From an uncultured Acidobacteriota bacterium (GTDB lineage: Bacteria; Acidobacteriota; Vicinamibacteria; Vicinamibacterales; JAKQTR01), in the NCBI GenBank assembly GCA_963809475.1, contig CAWEJS010000001.1, forward strand, positions 80,570-144,569: DNA of 64,000 nucleotides. Direction: 5' to 3'. Positions 47,001 to 55,988 of this stretch are shown here, in pieces. Numbering within the stretch: the first letter of the stretch is position 1; every line of letters begins with the position of its first letter. The notes beneath the pieces are model-generated. The model had not been told where the DNA came from, ran no database searches, and worked only from the letters and a program-made list of their open reading frames with translations. Made by a program: the position numbers and the translations under genes.

Positions 47001-48979
47001 ACCGTGGCGGTGTACGTCGCATTGCCGCCCACCGTCCCGATGAAGGTGCGCTGCCCTCCATCGACCCTGTAGATGTTGAAGCCCGTAATGGTTGGCAGGG
47101 CAAGGTCGGCCGGCCGCGCCCAGTTGAACGTGACACTGCCGGCACCCGGAGTCGCCACGAGCCCGAGCGGGGGAACGGCATTGCCTAGATAGCCCCAGAT
47201 GTAGTTCGTCAGGGTCTGACCGTCAGCGCAGAACCCTCTCTTGCCATCCTCGCCCGCCGTGGCGTAGAAGCCGAACACCAGGAATTTCCCACTCGCAGGT
47301 GTCGGAGCGGTGTTGGCGCTCAATCTCCAGACCGTTGGACTGATCCGCGTCCACGTATACGCCTGTCCAGGCCCGACCGAGTACGTCGCTTCAGGTCTCG
47401 CGCCAGCGTAGAAATCGCCCAGTGATCGATAGATCGAACAGACGGCGTCTGCGCTCCTGAAATCCGCGATGTACGTATCGAAGTCTCGAGTGGTTCCGTT
47501 GGTTTCCCACGGCTCCAGGGTGTGGACGGGCGCGGGCGTATAGGTCCGGAAGTCCGCCCGAATCAACGCCTCGTTCGGAAACGGCCAGAGGGGAATCTCG
47601 GTGAGTTGGTCATATCCCGTCTCGCCCCACAACGTCCCCGAGACGCCGTACTGATAGACGACGTTGGCTCCAATGTCTCCTCCGTCAGACGCTGCGCCTT
47701 TCAGTGGTGAATCCGGCTCCACACGGCAGATATACTTGACCCCCGGATCGACGTAGGTATCGTGTGTGCCGGGAGTGGGCTGGGCAATCCCATACACACC
47801 CGTTCCGTAATCATCGTTGTTGGCAAAGAAGTTGTTGTGGTCTGACGTGAACCAGGACGCGACGCCGAAGGACTTCGCGTCGTAGACGAGTGAGTTCCGC
47901 AGGTCGAAATTGGGTTGCGGAGTGACGAAACCGGCTTGTACGGCAGTTCCCCATCCACGCTCCCCGTCGCGAGAAGTGCCCCAGATATTCCCAAACGTCG
48001 AGTGACTGATATCGGACGACCTGGGGCGAAGGAACTCCACATAATCGCCATCGCCAATGTAGCCACCGAGCGAGTCCCAGATGACATTGTCCCTGACTGT
48101 ACGCGCCCCGTTCAGCCCGAAATCCTTGATGCCCGCGCTGCCTTCGATGTTCAGTTGGATGTTGCCGAGTATCGGACCACTATTGTCGAGGGCGTGCGCA
48201 TTGGGAAGGAAGATGCCACCCTCCAGGTATCCATTCGTGAGGTCAGCCCGCCCCGAGTCAATGGCGATGTTGTTTTCCAGGATCACGCTGCGCGTGTCGT
48301 ACAGAGTGAAACATGCACTCTGTCGGCCAAAGTCCGGAGCTGGCGTGTGGTAGTCGTGCCGGGCGACAGAGCGTCGAATGACGATACGCTCGGACTGATA
48401 GACGATGAATTTGTACCGTCCCGTTCCCCACGCCCAGCATTCCTCGACCAATACGTCATTGGCGCCGTTGGTCACCGTGAGCACCGCGCTGTTGCCGGTA
48501 CGTGGGGCATCGTAGAACGCACAGCGAATGATCTTGATGTGATGGGTCGTCGTGGGCGGGCCGTCGACATTGATCGGTTGGGTTCCTACCACCATGCCGG
48601 GATAGGTGGTCGCACTGTCTGGGTTTCCCCTGAACCGGATCCCCTCGATCTGTACGTAGCTGACGCCGCCCAGACTCAGTGCCGCGGAATCCTCACTCAA
48701 TGTAGAGGCATCGAATGTGACCCTTCCGACGTGTTCGGCCTTGACAACGGTGTATGCGCCAGCCGTCCCGCTCGGGGGATTGTAGAGACGCTCGGCATAG
48801 GTGCCGTCCCGGATGATCAGAGTGTCGCCACCCCTCATTGCAGCCACGGCCTGCTGGAACGTCTTGCAGGCTTCGTTCGGGCCCATGTAGACCACGGCGG
48901 CGGCCACGGGTTTCGCACCGAGAACCAGCAGAAGCAGTAGCCCTACTCCGAGGGATTCGATGGCTCTGATTCGGGACAT
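44033..48979 (-). CDS. Large secreted multidomain protein: right-handed beta-helix, FN3, Ig/MBG-like repeats, uncharacterised central domain, three InlB B-repeat-like domains
   Basis: Signal peptide; GGDTLIIRDGTY; FN3-like ITGFNIYR...VTGL; TITWATPAAI repeats; GYTFSGWSGDC-type repeats. Confidence 0.85.
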   Translation of the reverse strand: MSRIRAIESLGVGLLLLLVLGAKPVAAAVVYMGPNEACKTFQQAVAAMRGGDTLIIRDGTYAERLYNPPSGTAGAYTVVKAEHVGRVTFDASTLSEDSAALSLGGVSYVQIEGIRFRGNPDSATTYPGMVVGTQPINVDGPPTTTHHIKIIRCAFYDAPRTGNSAVLTVTNGANDVLVEECWAWGTGRYKFIVYQSERIVIRRSVARHDYHTPAPDFGRQSACFTLYDTRSVILENNIAIDSGRADLTNGYLEGGIFLPNAHALDNSGPILGNIQLNIEGSAGIKDFGLNGARTVRDNVIWDSLGGYIGDGDYVEFLRPRSSDISHSTFGNIWGTSRDGERGWGTAVQAGFVTPQPNFDLRNSLVYDAKSFGVASWFTSDHNNFFANNDDYGTGVYGIAQPTPGTHDTYVDPGVKYICRVEPDSPLKGAASDGGDIGANVVYQYGVSGTLWGETGYDQLTEIPLWPFPNEALIRADFRTYTPAPVHTLEPWETNGTTRDFDTYIADFRSADAVCSIYRSLGDFYAGARPEATYSVGPGQAYTWTRISPTVWRLSANTAPTPASGKFLVFGFYATAGEDGKRGFCADGQTLTNYIWGYLGNAVPPLGLVATPGAGSVTFNWARPADLALPTITGFNIYRVDGGQRTFIGTVGGNATYTATVTGLDPAGSYAFALTTVDSQKGESGLSEVVALGTPAAGGGTGGSNPPVTPGVSPTITWPTPAPIVQGTPLGPAQLCATANVPGTFVYSPPAGTVLPAGFQTLTAVFTPAGSAGSASADSAPVQGPMVPAASPLPAATASVGLVVTADAGPVRLLEDLQGRQLFPADNWWNVDVSHAPVDPQSSSFITFLGTTRGLHPDFGPPPYGIPYVTVGASQPRVPVTFYLYGDESDAGAPGDLPGYPVPDEARTSPNYIEGGVAGGGTDGDRHMSIVDRDRGLLYELGGTVWNAAANRWEAGAGAIFDLSSNARRPESWTSVDAAGLAVLPGLVRYDEAYGTGEIRHAIRFTSRATNGYVWPASHRAGNTSGAPPMGTRLRLKASVDLSGFAPPLRRIFQAMKTYGLILADNGSDLFISGTMDGRWNNDELNPAFGQLKGSDFEVVQLGWRPAVSPTPTTPTITWATPAAITAGTALGSAQLNATASVAGTFVYSPAAGTVLAAGTRTLTVTFTPTNTSLYTSASASTTLTVNPVTRTTPTITWATPAAITAGTALGSAQLNATASVAGTFVYSPAAGTVLAAGTRTLTVTFTPTNTSLYTSASASTTLTVNPVTRTTPSITWATPAAINAGTALGSAQLNATASVAGTFVYSPAAGTVLAAGTQTLTVTFTPTNTSLYNSASATRSLTVNAAVVYQLTVTRPTGGVVQGAGINCGTSSALCQVTMPSSMSLGIQAVADSGYTFSGWSGDCSGTSASYMLRLNGAKVCGATFTATAGTPTPTPGGSSGGSSTPPSGTLTFGAPYRLTITRGTGGTVRSAGVNCGTNTGACEVQMPAPMTLGMQATPDAGYTFTGWSGHCSGTSANYWLALEGPRTCAATFVATGGGGSSGSTTTPPATTPSGGSLPMGAPYTLTVTRPSGGTIRSAGVNCGKGNSCSVTMPGPIRLGIEATPDKGYVFSGWTGHCSAATSPGFFLALDGPRTCGAVFVATAGATQ
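44947..45643 (-). repeat. Three near-identical 237-bp intragenic tandem repeats (79 aa)
   Basis: Units begin at about 45643, 45406 and 45169 on the minus strand; diverged fourth copy near 46680-46845. Confidence 0.9.
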
Positions 48980-49026
48980 CTGTGCGTCTCCAGGTGGCAT
49001 TCGACAGGTCAGCCTAGCTACCTGAG

Positions 49027-49042
49027 AGCAGGAATCGCTCCA
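49027..49042 (-). promoter_or_regulatory. Possible sigma54 promoter
   Basis: Minus strand TGGAGCGATTCCTGCT, GG-N10-GC with an imperfect -24 box, about 50 nt upstream of ATG 48979. Confidence 0.45.
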
Positions 49043-49237
49043 GCGGGATTCCCTCCGAAGACCCCTGGTTTCCCGTGAAAACGTGCGCAGCAGCGCGAAA
49101 CGGCTCCGTCCCCCTCCCGTCCCGAGATTTCAAAAGCGTCAGGCAAATGACATCGATGCCCAACCGTTCGACGGACAATTGGCGAACCCGCACAAATACC
49201 TACCAAAAACGTAAGTAACCACGCCCTGCGCTCGCGG

Positions 49238-50614
49238 TCAGGGCCCCTGTGGAACCCGGGCGATTGACCAGACCTGAACCTGCGTAAGGACCGCGATGGC
49301 GCCCGTTCGTTGCCATGGAAGACGCCACTCGACGCCAGGGTCACCCTCGGTTCCGAGGAGCACGAGCACGCTGCTCGGGCCCGTCGGTGGAGGGAATACC
49401 TGGGTGAGCCCCGCATAAGCCGCAGCCACTCGCGCCTTCCGGACCGGAGAGTAGGGCCACCCGGCATCCTGGAACGTCAGCATGTAAGAGTCATCGACGA
49501 TGCGCGTGCCCGCAACGAAGGCCTCCGCGCACTCCTGCTGAATGGGTCCCGGCACCCTGGCCCGAAGGCCGCTCTCGAAATGGAAGTTCGAGCCGACCTC
49601 GAAGACGCGACTCAGCGCCCCTTGCGCGAAGAACACGTCCGGCAGGCTGTCCCGCCTGCCCGGCTGCTCGCGTTCGTCTGCGCCGACGGGTTCGTTGTCG
49701 ACGACGAAACGGTTCGTCCGAACGCTTTCCTCGCCGAGGGCACGAACACGGCGCGCTCGTTCCCACCGGTCGCCGCCTCGATCGATGTGGACGGTGATGA
49801 CGGGCGCCCGGTCAACAAGAGCGGCACTGCCGCCAGGTGGCGCGCCGAGGGCTGTCGGAATCCCGGCTGGCACACGGGCAGCCCATCGGGCCAGGGCGGT
49901 CGGATCGTGCACCTCCGCGCGCTGCGTGGGATGCCAGAACTCGTTTGCCACCTCGACAAGGGCGCAGTTCGCGGCCGCAGCGCAGATCCGGCCGGCGCGT
50001 TCGACGTAGCTGCCGAGGTCCGCCTTTGACGGGAGCGACGCTGTGTTCGCCAGGACGGTTACCTCGACGTATATGTCGGCGTCGCGGGCCAGCGCCAGCG
50101 TGCGTGGGAGAGCCGCCAGGCCCTCTTCGGGCGTGAAGTCGCTGTCGGTGAACCAGCCCTTTGGCAGCATCACCAGCGTTCGGACGACGTTGAACCCCGT
50201 TTCGCGCGCCCACGTCAGGAACGCCGCGGCGTCGTCGTCGTGTCCGCTCGACACTCGCTCGTTGAGCATGAACCCGGTGACGCCCCGCCAACGAAACCGG
50301 CTCCCATCCGGGTAGACGAGCCAGCGTCCGCTCGGACGGAGCTGGCCGCGAAACTGCCGCTGACCGGTTCGTGGCGCACTTTCGGGCGGGTTGGCCGAGA
50401 GGGTCCCCGCCGCGTGCGCTCGGTCGCTGGGCTGGACAGCCGGGTCCGGTAATGCCTCGCGGGGCACCGGCTGGACCGCCGGCTCCTTCGCCGGCGGCGG
50501 CATTGGACCACCGGCAGGCGAGGCAATCGTCAACAGGAGCGTGACCGCCGAGGCCAGGATGCCGACGCGGACGGCTCGACGGCCCGCCAGGCTGAGAATG
50601 GGTGTCGGCTCCAT
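49238..50614 (-). CDS. Secreted hypothetical protein, possible clan-A glycoside hydrolase-like TIM barrel
   Basis: TM/signal segment, Pro-rich linker, GFNVVRT, VEVANE, VDNEP. Confidence 0.6.
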   Translation of the reverse strand: MEPTPILSLAGRRAVRVGILASAVTLLLTIASPAGGPMPPPAKEPAVQPVPREALPDPAVQPSDRAHAAGTLSANPPESAPRTGQRQFRGQLRPSGRWLVYPDGSRFRWRGVTGFMLNERVSSGHDDDAAAFLTWARETGFNVVRTLVMLPKGWFTDSDFTPEEGLAALPRTLALARDADIYVEVTVLANTASLPSKADLGSYVERAGRICAAAANCALVEVANEFWHPTQRAEVHDPTALARWAARVPAGIPTALGAPPGGSAALVDRAPVITVHIDRGGDRWERARRVRALGEESVRTNRFVVDNEPVGADEREQPGRRDSLPDVFFAQGALSRVFEVGSNFHFESGLRARVPGPIQQECAEAFVAGTRIVDDSYMLTFQDAGWPYSPVRKARVAAAYAGLTQVFPPPTGPSSVLVLLGTEGDPGVEWRLPWQRTGAIAVLTQVQVWSIARVPQGP

Positions 50615-50744
50615 GGCGGGAATCGTACACCGCCCGGGTCACATATGATTGCAGGATATCCGCGCGAATGGGGGCCATTCCGCCGCACAGGCTCTGCAGG
50701 GCCGGGTGGTTGGTACCGAAACCTAGACTGGGGCTTCACTGGTG

Positions 50745-51638
50745 ATGGCCAACGCCGCCGCAGGACGCGACATCTCCTTCGTTTCGCTGACGTGGAATTC
50801 CGACGCGTACCTGCGCCGCTGTCTCGACTCTGTCATCGGCCAGTGTCTGGTCGAGAATCTCCGCTTTGAGTTCACGGTTGTAGACAATGGTTCCCGGGAT
50901 GGGTCCATCGACATCATCAACGAGTACTGCACCCGGTATCCTGACCAGGTTCGCCTGATTGCCCTCGACCGGAACAAGGGCACGACGTACACCAGGAACC
51001 TGGCGTTGAAGATGGTGCGAAGCCCTGTTGTCTGCATCCTGGACTCCGATACGGAGTTCCTCTCGGGCTCATTCCGGTCAGTGATCGGCCTGCTTGCCGC
51101 ACACCTGTCTCTCGGCATCGTCGCGCCGCGCCTCCTGCTCGCGGACGGCAGCGTCCAGCACTCGGTGAAGCGGTTCCCGACCATCGTCGACAAGCTGCAG
51201 AAGGTCCCGAGGATCCTCGTCGGCCGGAAAGCCACACGCAACGACTTCTACGACTCGTTTCCCTTCGACCGGTGCACGCTCGTCGAGACCGCCATCTCCG
51301 CATGCTGGTTCTTGCGGACCGAACTGCTCGCGCAGGTGGGCTTGCTCGATGAGGGCATCTTCTATTCCCCGGAGGATCTCGACTACTCGGCGCGCGTCAG
51401 GTCAGCCGGGAAGGAGATCCTGTACTATCCACACCTGTCGTTGCTCCACCACACGCAGCAGCTGTCGCACCGTCGCCCGCTGTCCAGGCTGTCGGTTTCC
51501 CACTTGATGGGCCTCCTTCGGTTCTACCGCAGGCACGGCGGGTGGCTGAAGAGGCGGCCCTGGGAGCCGCTGCCCTGGCCGGCCGGTGCCCCGGCGGCCG
51601 ACCTTCCCGGGCGAGAAGGCGCGGGCACGCGATCATGA
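50745..51638 (+). CDS. Glycosyltransferase family 2
   Basis: VVDNGSRDGS, ILDSDT, GLLDEGIFYSPEDLDY. Confidence 0.9.
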   Translation: MANAAAGRDISFVSLTWNSDAYLRRCLDSVIGQCLVENLRFEFTVVDNGSRDGSIDIINEYCTRYPDQVRLIALDRNKGTTYTRNLALKMVRSPVVCILDSDTEFLSGSFRSVIGLLAAHLSLGIVAPRLLLADGSVQHSVKRFPTIVDKLQKVPRILVGRKATRNDFYDSFPFDRCTLVETAISACWFLRTELLAQVGLLDEGIFYSPEDLDYSARVRSAGKEILYYPHLSLLHHTQQLSHRRPLSRLSVSHLMGLLRFYRRHGGWLKRRPWEPLPWPAGAPAADLPGREGAGTRS

Positions 51639-52789
51639 GCGGCACGTCGTCGGAGAGCAGCTCCATGTCCAATCACGCTGGCCCCATCCGCCTGGTGCAC
51701 GTCGTGACGACGCTGAACATTGGCGGCCTTGAGAAGGTGGTTCTGGACCTCGTCCGTCACCGGACGCAGAAGGCCGTGGAAGCACGGGTCGTTTGCCTGG
51801 ATTCGTCAGGTGTCGTCGGAGACGGATTCCGCGACATCGGCGTCCCGGTCGAGACGATCGGGACCGCGGGTTCCGTCCCGCGTCGGGTCCTGAGGCTCGC
51901 CCGGCGGCTCCGCCAGTTGAAGCCGCACGTGGTGCACACCCACAATCCCCAGGCTCATATCCATGGAGCGTGGGCCGCGCGGCTGGCCGGGATCCCGGCC
52001 GTCGTGCATACCAAGCATGGACGCGGGTACCCGGAGGGACGCCTGAGCTCCGCTTCCAGCCGCCTGGCGACCGCCTGGACGTCTCGCTTCGTCGTCGTCT
52101 CCGAAGACGCCGCCCGCGTGGCGCGGGACATTGAGCACGTGCCGGGTCGAAAGGTGCTCGTGATCCACAATGGCATCGACGTGGATCGCTATTGCGCGGT
52201 GGGAGCCCGGAGGTCCGCGTCTGGCGTGCGCGCCGTTACGGTCGGCCGCCTCGACCCCATCAAGGACCAGGCGACCATGCTGCGGGCTGTGCGCCTGGTG
52301 GTTGACCACGCGCCCGGGTTCAGCCTGGATGTCGTCGGCGACGGGCCGTCGCGGGCAGCGCTCGAGGCACTTCGCGGGTCGCTCGATCTGGGGGATCATG
52401 TTCGATTCCACGGATACCGCGCCGAGGTCAGCCCGTACCTGTCCGAGGCGGACCTCTTCATCCTGTCATCCATCAGCGAGGGTGTCCCGCTCGCTCTGCT
52501 GGAGGCGATGGCATGCGGCCTGCCCGCTGTGACAACTGACGTCGGAGGCCTTCCGGAGGTGGTCGTGCCTGGAGAAACCGGCTGGCTCGTGCCGCCGCAG
52601 TCTCCGGACGCGCTGGCGGAGGCGGTGCTCGGAATCCAGCACGCGCCGGAAGCTCTCGACCGGATGGGAAAAGCCGCGCGCCGGCGCGTGGAGGACCAAT
52701 TCAATCTCCGGAAGGTCGTCGCGCAGTATGAACAGGTGTACTTCCAGTCGCTGGGACGGCACGCGGCGGGCGGCCTCGTCACAGCGTGA
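51635..52789 (+). CDS. Glycosyltransferase family 4
   Basis: GGLEKV, HTHN, HTKHG, VGRLDPIKD, SEGVPLALLEAMACG. Confidence 0.92.
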   Translation: MSGTSSESSSMSNHAGPIRLVHVVTTLNIGGLEKVVLDLVRHRTQKAVEARVVCLDSSGVVGDGFRDIGVPVETIGTAGSVPRRVLRLARRLRQLKPHVVHTHNPQAHIHGAWAARLAGIPAVVHTKHGRGYPEGRLSSASSRLATAWTSRFVVVSEDAARVARDIEHVPGRKVLVIHNGIDVDRYCAVGARRSASGVRAVTVGRLDPIKDQATMLRAVRLVVDHAPGFSLDVVGDGPSRAALEALRGSLDLGDHVRFHGYRAEVSPYLSEADLFILSSISEGVPLALLEAMACGLPAVTTDVGGLPEVVVPGETGWLVPPQSPDALAEAVLGIQHAPEALDRMGKAARRRVEDQFNLRKVVAQYEQVYFQSLGRHAAGGLVTA

Positions 52790-52793
52790 CGCC

Positions 52794-54002
52794 ATGCGAA
52801 TCCTCTTCGTTACCCCGACGTTTCCCAGTTCCCTCGATCCGACCAGGGGAATCCCCAACTTCGAGACGGCGCGATCGCTCGCGATGCGCCACGAGGTCGT
52901 GGTCATCGCACACCTCTCGTGGCTCGACTGGCTCAGGCGACGACCATCGTCCGGGGGCCCCCCTCGTGTCCGGACGCTGGATGGCATTGAGATTCACCAT
53001 CCCGTCTACTACTACCCGCCAGCTTGCCTGCGAACCACGTACACATGGTTCCTGTGGCGTTCGATCCGGCCAACGGTGAGGGTTCTGCTCAGCCGCTTCG
53101 TGCCGGATGTCGTGCTGGCGGGGTGGGTGCATCCCGACGGCGACAGCGCCCTGCGCGCCGCTGCGCTCGCGGGCGCCCCTTGCGTGCAGTGGTCCGGAGG
53201 ATCCGACGTCCTCGTACTGCCCCGCAACCCCGGACGCCGGGCGTGCGTGGTCGATGTCCTGCGGCGTTCGGATGCGGTGGTTTGCGTCAGCGAGCATCTC
53301 AAGCGCGCAATCAACGACCTGGGTGTGTCCCGCGACCGTATCCACGTCGTCCGGAACGGCCTGGATCACAGCCGGTTCCTTCCCGGGGACCGCGCTGGTG
53401 CCCGCGAGCGGCTGGGATTGCCCATCGGCGGCAAGATGCTGCTCTGGGTCGGGCGGATGGTACCGGTCAAGGGCGTTGACGTTCTCATCGACGCGTGCGC
53501 GGTCCTGAGGAAGGGGAGCCTCGATCTTCGGTTGTGCCTGGTCGGTGACGGCCCATTGCGCCGGGCGCTAGCCTCTCGAGTTGCCGACGCGGGCCTCGAA
53601 GACCGGGTGACGTTCGCTGGAGACGTTCTCAACGAGGCGCTTGCCGACTGGTACCGGGCAGCCGATCTGACCGTGTTGCCCAGTTACAGTGAGGGGGTGC
53701 CAAACGTCCTCTACGAATCGATGTGCTGCGGGACGCCGTTCGTCGCCAGTGCCGTAGGGGGAGTGCCGGAGATTGCAGACCCCGGCCTTGACCGGCTCGT
53801 TTCGAGCGGCGACGTGGCGGGTCTGGCCGATGCTATCCGGTTCCAGCTGCTGACGCCGCTCCGGTCGGTGAGGGCCCACTTCCCCGGCACCTGGGAAGAA
53901 CACGGCCTGCAACTGGAAGCCGTGCTCGAGCAGGCCATCACCGACAGGCGTCTGGCTGGGCCGGAATCCGCCGGATCGACGCTGGAGCCGGAGCGTTTCT
54001 GA
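52794..54002 (+). CDS. Glycosyltransferase family 4 (TuaC-like)
   Basis: HPDG, GGSDV, VGRMVPVKG, SEGVPNVLYESM. Confidence 0.9.
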   Translation: MRILFVTPTFPSSLDPTRGIPNFETARSLAMRHEVVVIAHLSWLDWLRRRPSSGGPPRVRTLDGIEIHHPVYYYPPACLRTTYTWFLWRSIRPTVRVLLSRFVPDVVLAGWVHPDGDSALRAAALAGAPCVQWSGGSDVLVLPRNPGRRACVVDVLRRSDAVVCVSEHLKRAINDLGVSRDRIHVVRNGLDHSRFLPGDRAGARERLGLPIGGKMLLWVGRMVPVKGVDVLIDACAVLRKGSLDLRLCLVGDGPLRRALASRVADAGLEDRVTFAGDVLNEALADWYRAADLTVLPSYSEGVPNVLYESMCCGTPFVASAVGGVPEIADPGLDRLVSSGDVAGLADAIRFQLLTPLRSVRAHFPGTWEEHGLQLEAVLEQAITDRRLAGPESAGSTLEPERF

Positions 54003-54047
54003 CCCGATACTGAACAGGGCCCCCGGGAACGAACTGGAGTAGGGAAC

Positions 54048-55268
54048 GTGAAGATCCTGCACATCCTGAACGACTCCGTCCCGCACGTCAGCGGTTATGC
54101 ATCGCGCAGCCAGTACATCGTGGAGTTCCAGAAGCGGATGTCGTTCACGCCGATTGTCGTCACCTCCACGAAGCACGGAAGGCCGGGCTCGGCCGTTGAG
54201 CACATCAACGGGATCGACTATCACCGCTGTGACGTGCCCCAACGGCCGATGGATGCCGCACTCGACAAGGTTCCCCTCCTGAACGAGTGGCGGCGCATGC
54301 GGATTCTGGAGCGCGCCGTCGAGGCGGTGGCGTCGGAGCACGCCGTTGACGTCATCCATGCCCACTCGCCCATCCTGTGCGGTATGCCAGCTGCGCGGGT
54401 CGCCCATCGGCTGCACATTCCCTTCGTGTACGAAGTCCGAGCGCTCTGGGAGGATGCGGCCGTCGACCAGGCGCGGATGCGGGAAGGAGACCTTCGCTAT
54501 CGGCTCATCCGGAAGCTGGAATCCGACCTGTTGAGGCGGAGCGACAACGTGGTCGTGATCTGCCAGGGCCTGAAGAACGAGATCGAGTCGCGAGGCGTGG
54601 AAGCGCGGCGCATCCACGTTATCCCCAACGGGGTGGATACCGGCGCATTTGTACCGGTTCCACGGGACGCGGCCCTTGCGCAACAGTTGGGCGTCGATCG
54701 GGGCGTCGTCATCGGCTTCATCGGCAAGTTCTTCAAGTTCGAGGGGCTTGATGTGCTCCTGAGGGCCATGGCGAGGGTGACCACGCACTGTCCCGAATGC
54801 AGGCTGGTAATCGTCGGCCACGGCAACGAATCGGCGGCTTTGCAGGCGCTCAGCCGGGAGCTGAAACTGGAAGATCGGGTGGTCTTCGCGGGAAAGGTCC
54901 CGCACGCGGACATCGTGAAGTACTACTCGATCATGGACGTGCTCGTGTACCCGCGGATCCGCCTGAGGATTACCGAGATGGTCACGCCCATCAAGACGCT
55001 GGAAGCGTTGTCGATGGAAAAAGCGGTCGTCGCCAGCGACGTGGGCGGACTGAAGGAACTGGTGGATGACAATCGCACCGGGCTGTTGTTCAAAGCCGAG
55101 GACGCTGACGACCTCGCCGCGAAGCTGCTTCGCCTCGCCGGCGACGCTTCGCTGCGGCGCAGGCTGGGTGCCGCCGGCCGTGCGGCCATGATCGAATCCC
55201 GCGGCTGGGCGAAGCTCATCGCGCCTTACAGCGACATCTATGGCAATCTCGTGAAGAGCGTTCGGTAA
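54048..55268 (+). CDS. Glycosyltransferase family 4 (resembles the PEP-CTERM/exosortase A-associated type)
   Basis: SGYASRS, HAHSP, YEVRALWEDAAVD, IPNGVD, EMVTPIKTLEA. Confidence 0.88.
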   Translation: MKILHILNDSVPHVSGYASRSQYIVEFQKRMSFTPIVVTSTKHGRPGSAVEHINGIDYHRCDVPQRPMDAALDKVPLLNEWRRMRILERAVEAVASEHAVDVIHAHSPILCGMPAARVAHRLHIPFVYEVRALWEDAAVDQARMREGDLRYRLIRKLESDLLRRSDNVVVICQGLKNEIESRGVEARRIHVIPNGVDTGAFVPVPRDAALAQQLGVDRGVVIGFIGKFFKFEGLDVLLRAMARVTTHCPECRLVIVGHGNESAALQALSRELKLEDRVVFAGKVPHADIVKYYSIMDVLVYPRIRLRITEMVTPIKTLEALSMEKAVVASDVGGLKELVDDNRTGLLFKAEDADDLAAKLLRLAGDASLRRRLGAAGRAAMIESRGWAKLIAPYSDIYGNLVKSVR

Positions 55269-55343
55269 GGACCGTCCCCCGTTCGAGGTCATCGCCGTGT
55301 CATCACGTCCTCCGTCCGGGACTCCCGGCAGACTGAAGAGAAG

Positions 55344-55904
55344 GTGCGACCGATGATGCTCGTGGCCGACATGCGCGCGAAGCAGGCCCTCTATTCCCAG
55401 TACGGCACCCGCTGCTCGCTTGTGAAAGCGATGTTGTCCGATGGAACGGCAGCAAACGTGCTTTATCGAGGCCAGGCGCGTCTCGCGAAAGCGGGGCTCG
55501 CCCCACTCGCGTTCGTACTCCACTTGTTGAACAAGTGGGTGAACGGCTGCGTGATTGGCCTCCGCGCCGAATTCGGGCCCGGCCTCGTCCTCGTCCACCC
55601 GATAGGAGTCGTGATCAACTCGAGCACGCGGGGCGGTCGGAACGTCTGGATCGAGAGCGGCGTGGTGATCGGGGACAATCGCGGCCGGTCACCCGTACTC
55701 GGCGACGACATCTTCGTCGGGTCCGGCGCGAAGATCATCGGCGGCGTGACGGTTGGTTCGGGTGCGCGGATCGGCGCGAATGCGGTCGTCGTGCACGATG
55801 TGGTCCCGGGCTCGACCGTGGTTGGAATCCCGGCACGCCCGGCGTCACGGCGTCGGGACGGCGGCGACACTGGACGGTCGCCCGGGGACGCAAGCTCGAC
55901 GTGA
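55344..55904 (+). CDS. Serine O-acetyltransferase-like hexapeptide acetyltransferase
   Basis: FGPGLVLVHPIGVVI, PVLGDDIFVGSGAKIIG, GANAVV, VGIPAR. Confidence 0.88.
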   Translation: MRPMMLVADMRAKQALYSQYGTRCSLVKAMLSDGTAANVLYRGQARLAKAGLAPLAFVLHLLNKWVNGCVIGLRAEFGPGLVLVHPIGVVINSSTRGGRNVWIESGVVIGDNRGRSPVLGDDIFVGSGAKIIGGVTVGSGARIGANAVVVHDVVPGSTVVGIPARPASRRRDGGDTGRSPGDASST

Positions 55905-55988
55905 ACCGGGGTTGCCGTCGCGCCGGCCTTCCTCTGGGACGCAGTCACCGATCGGAAACGTGCTGACCGACGCCGATTGGCAGCATGA

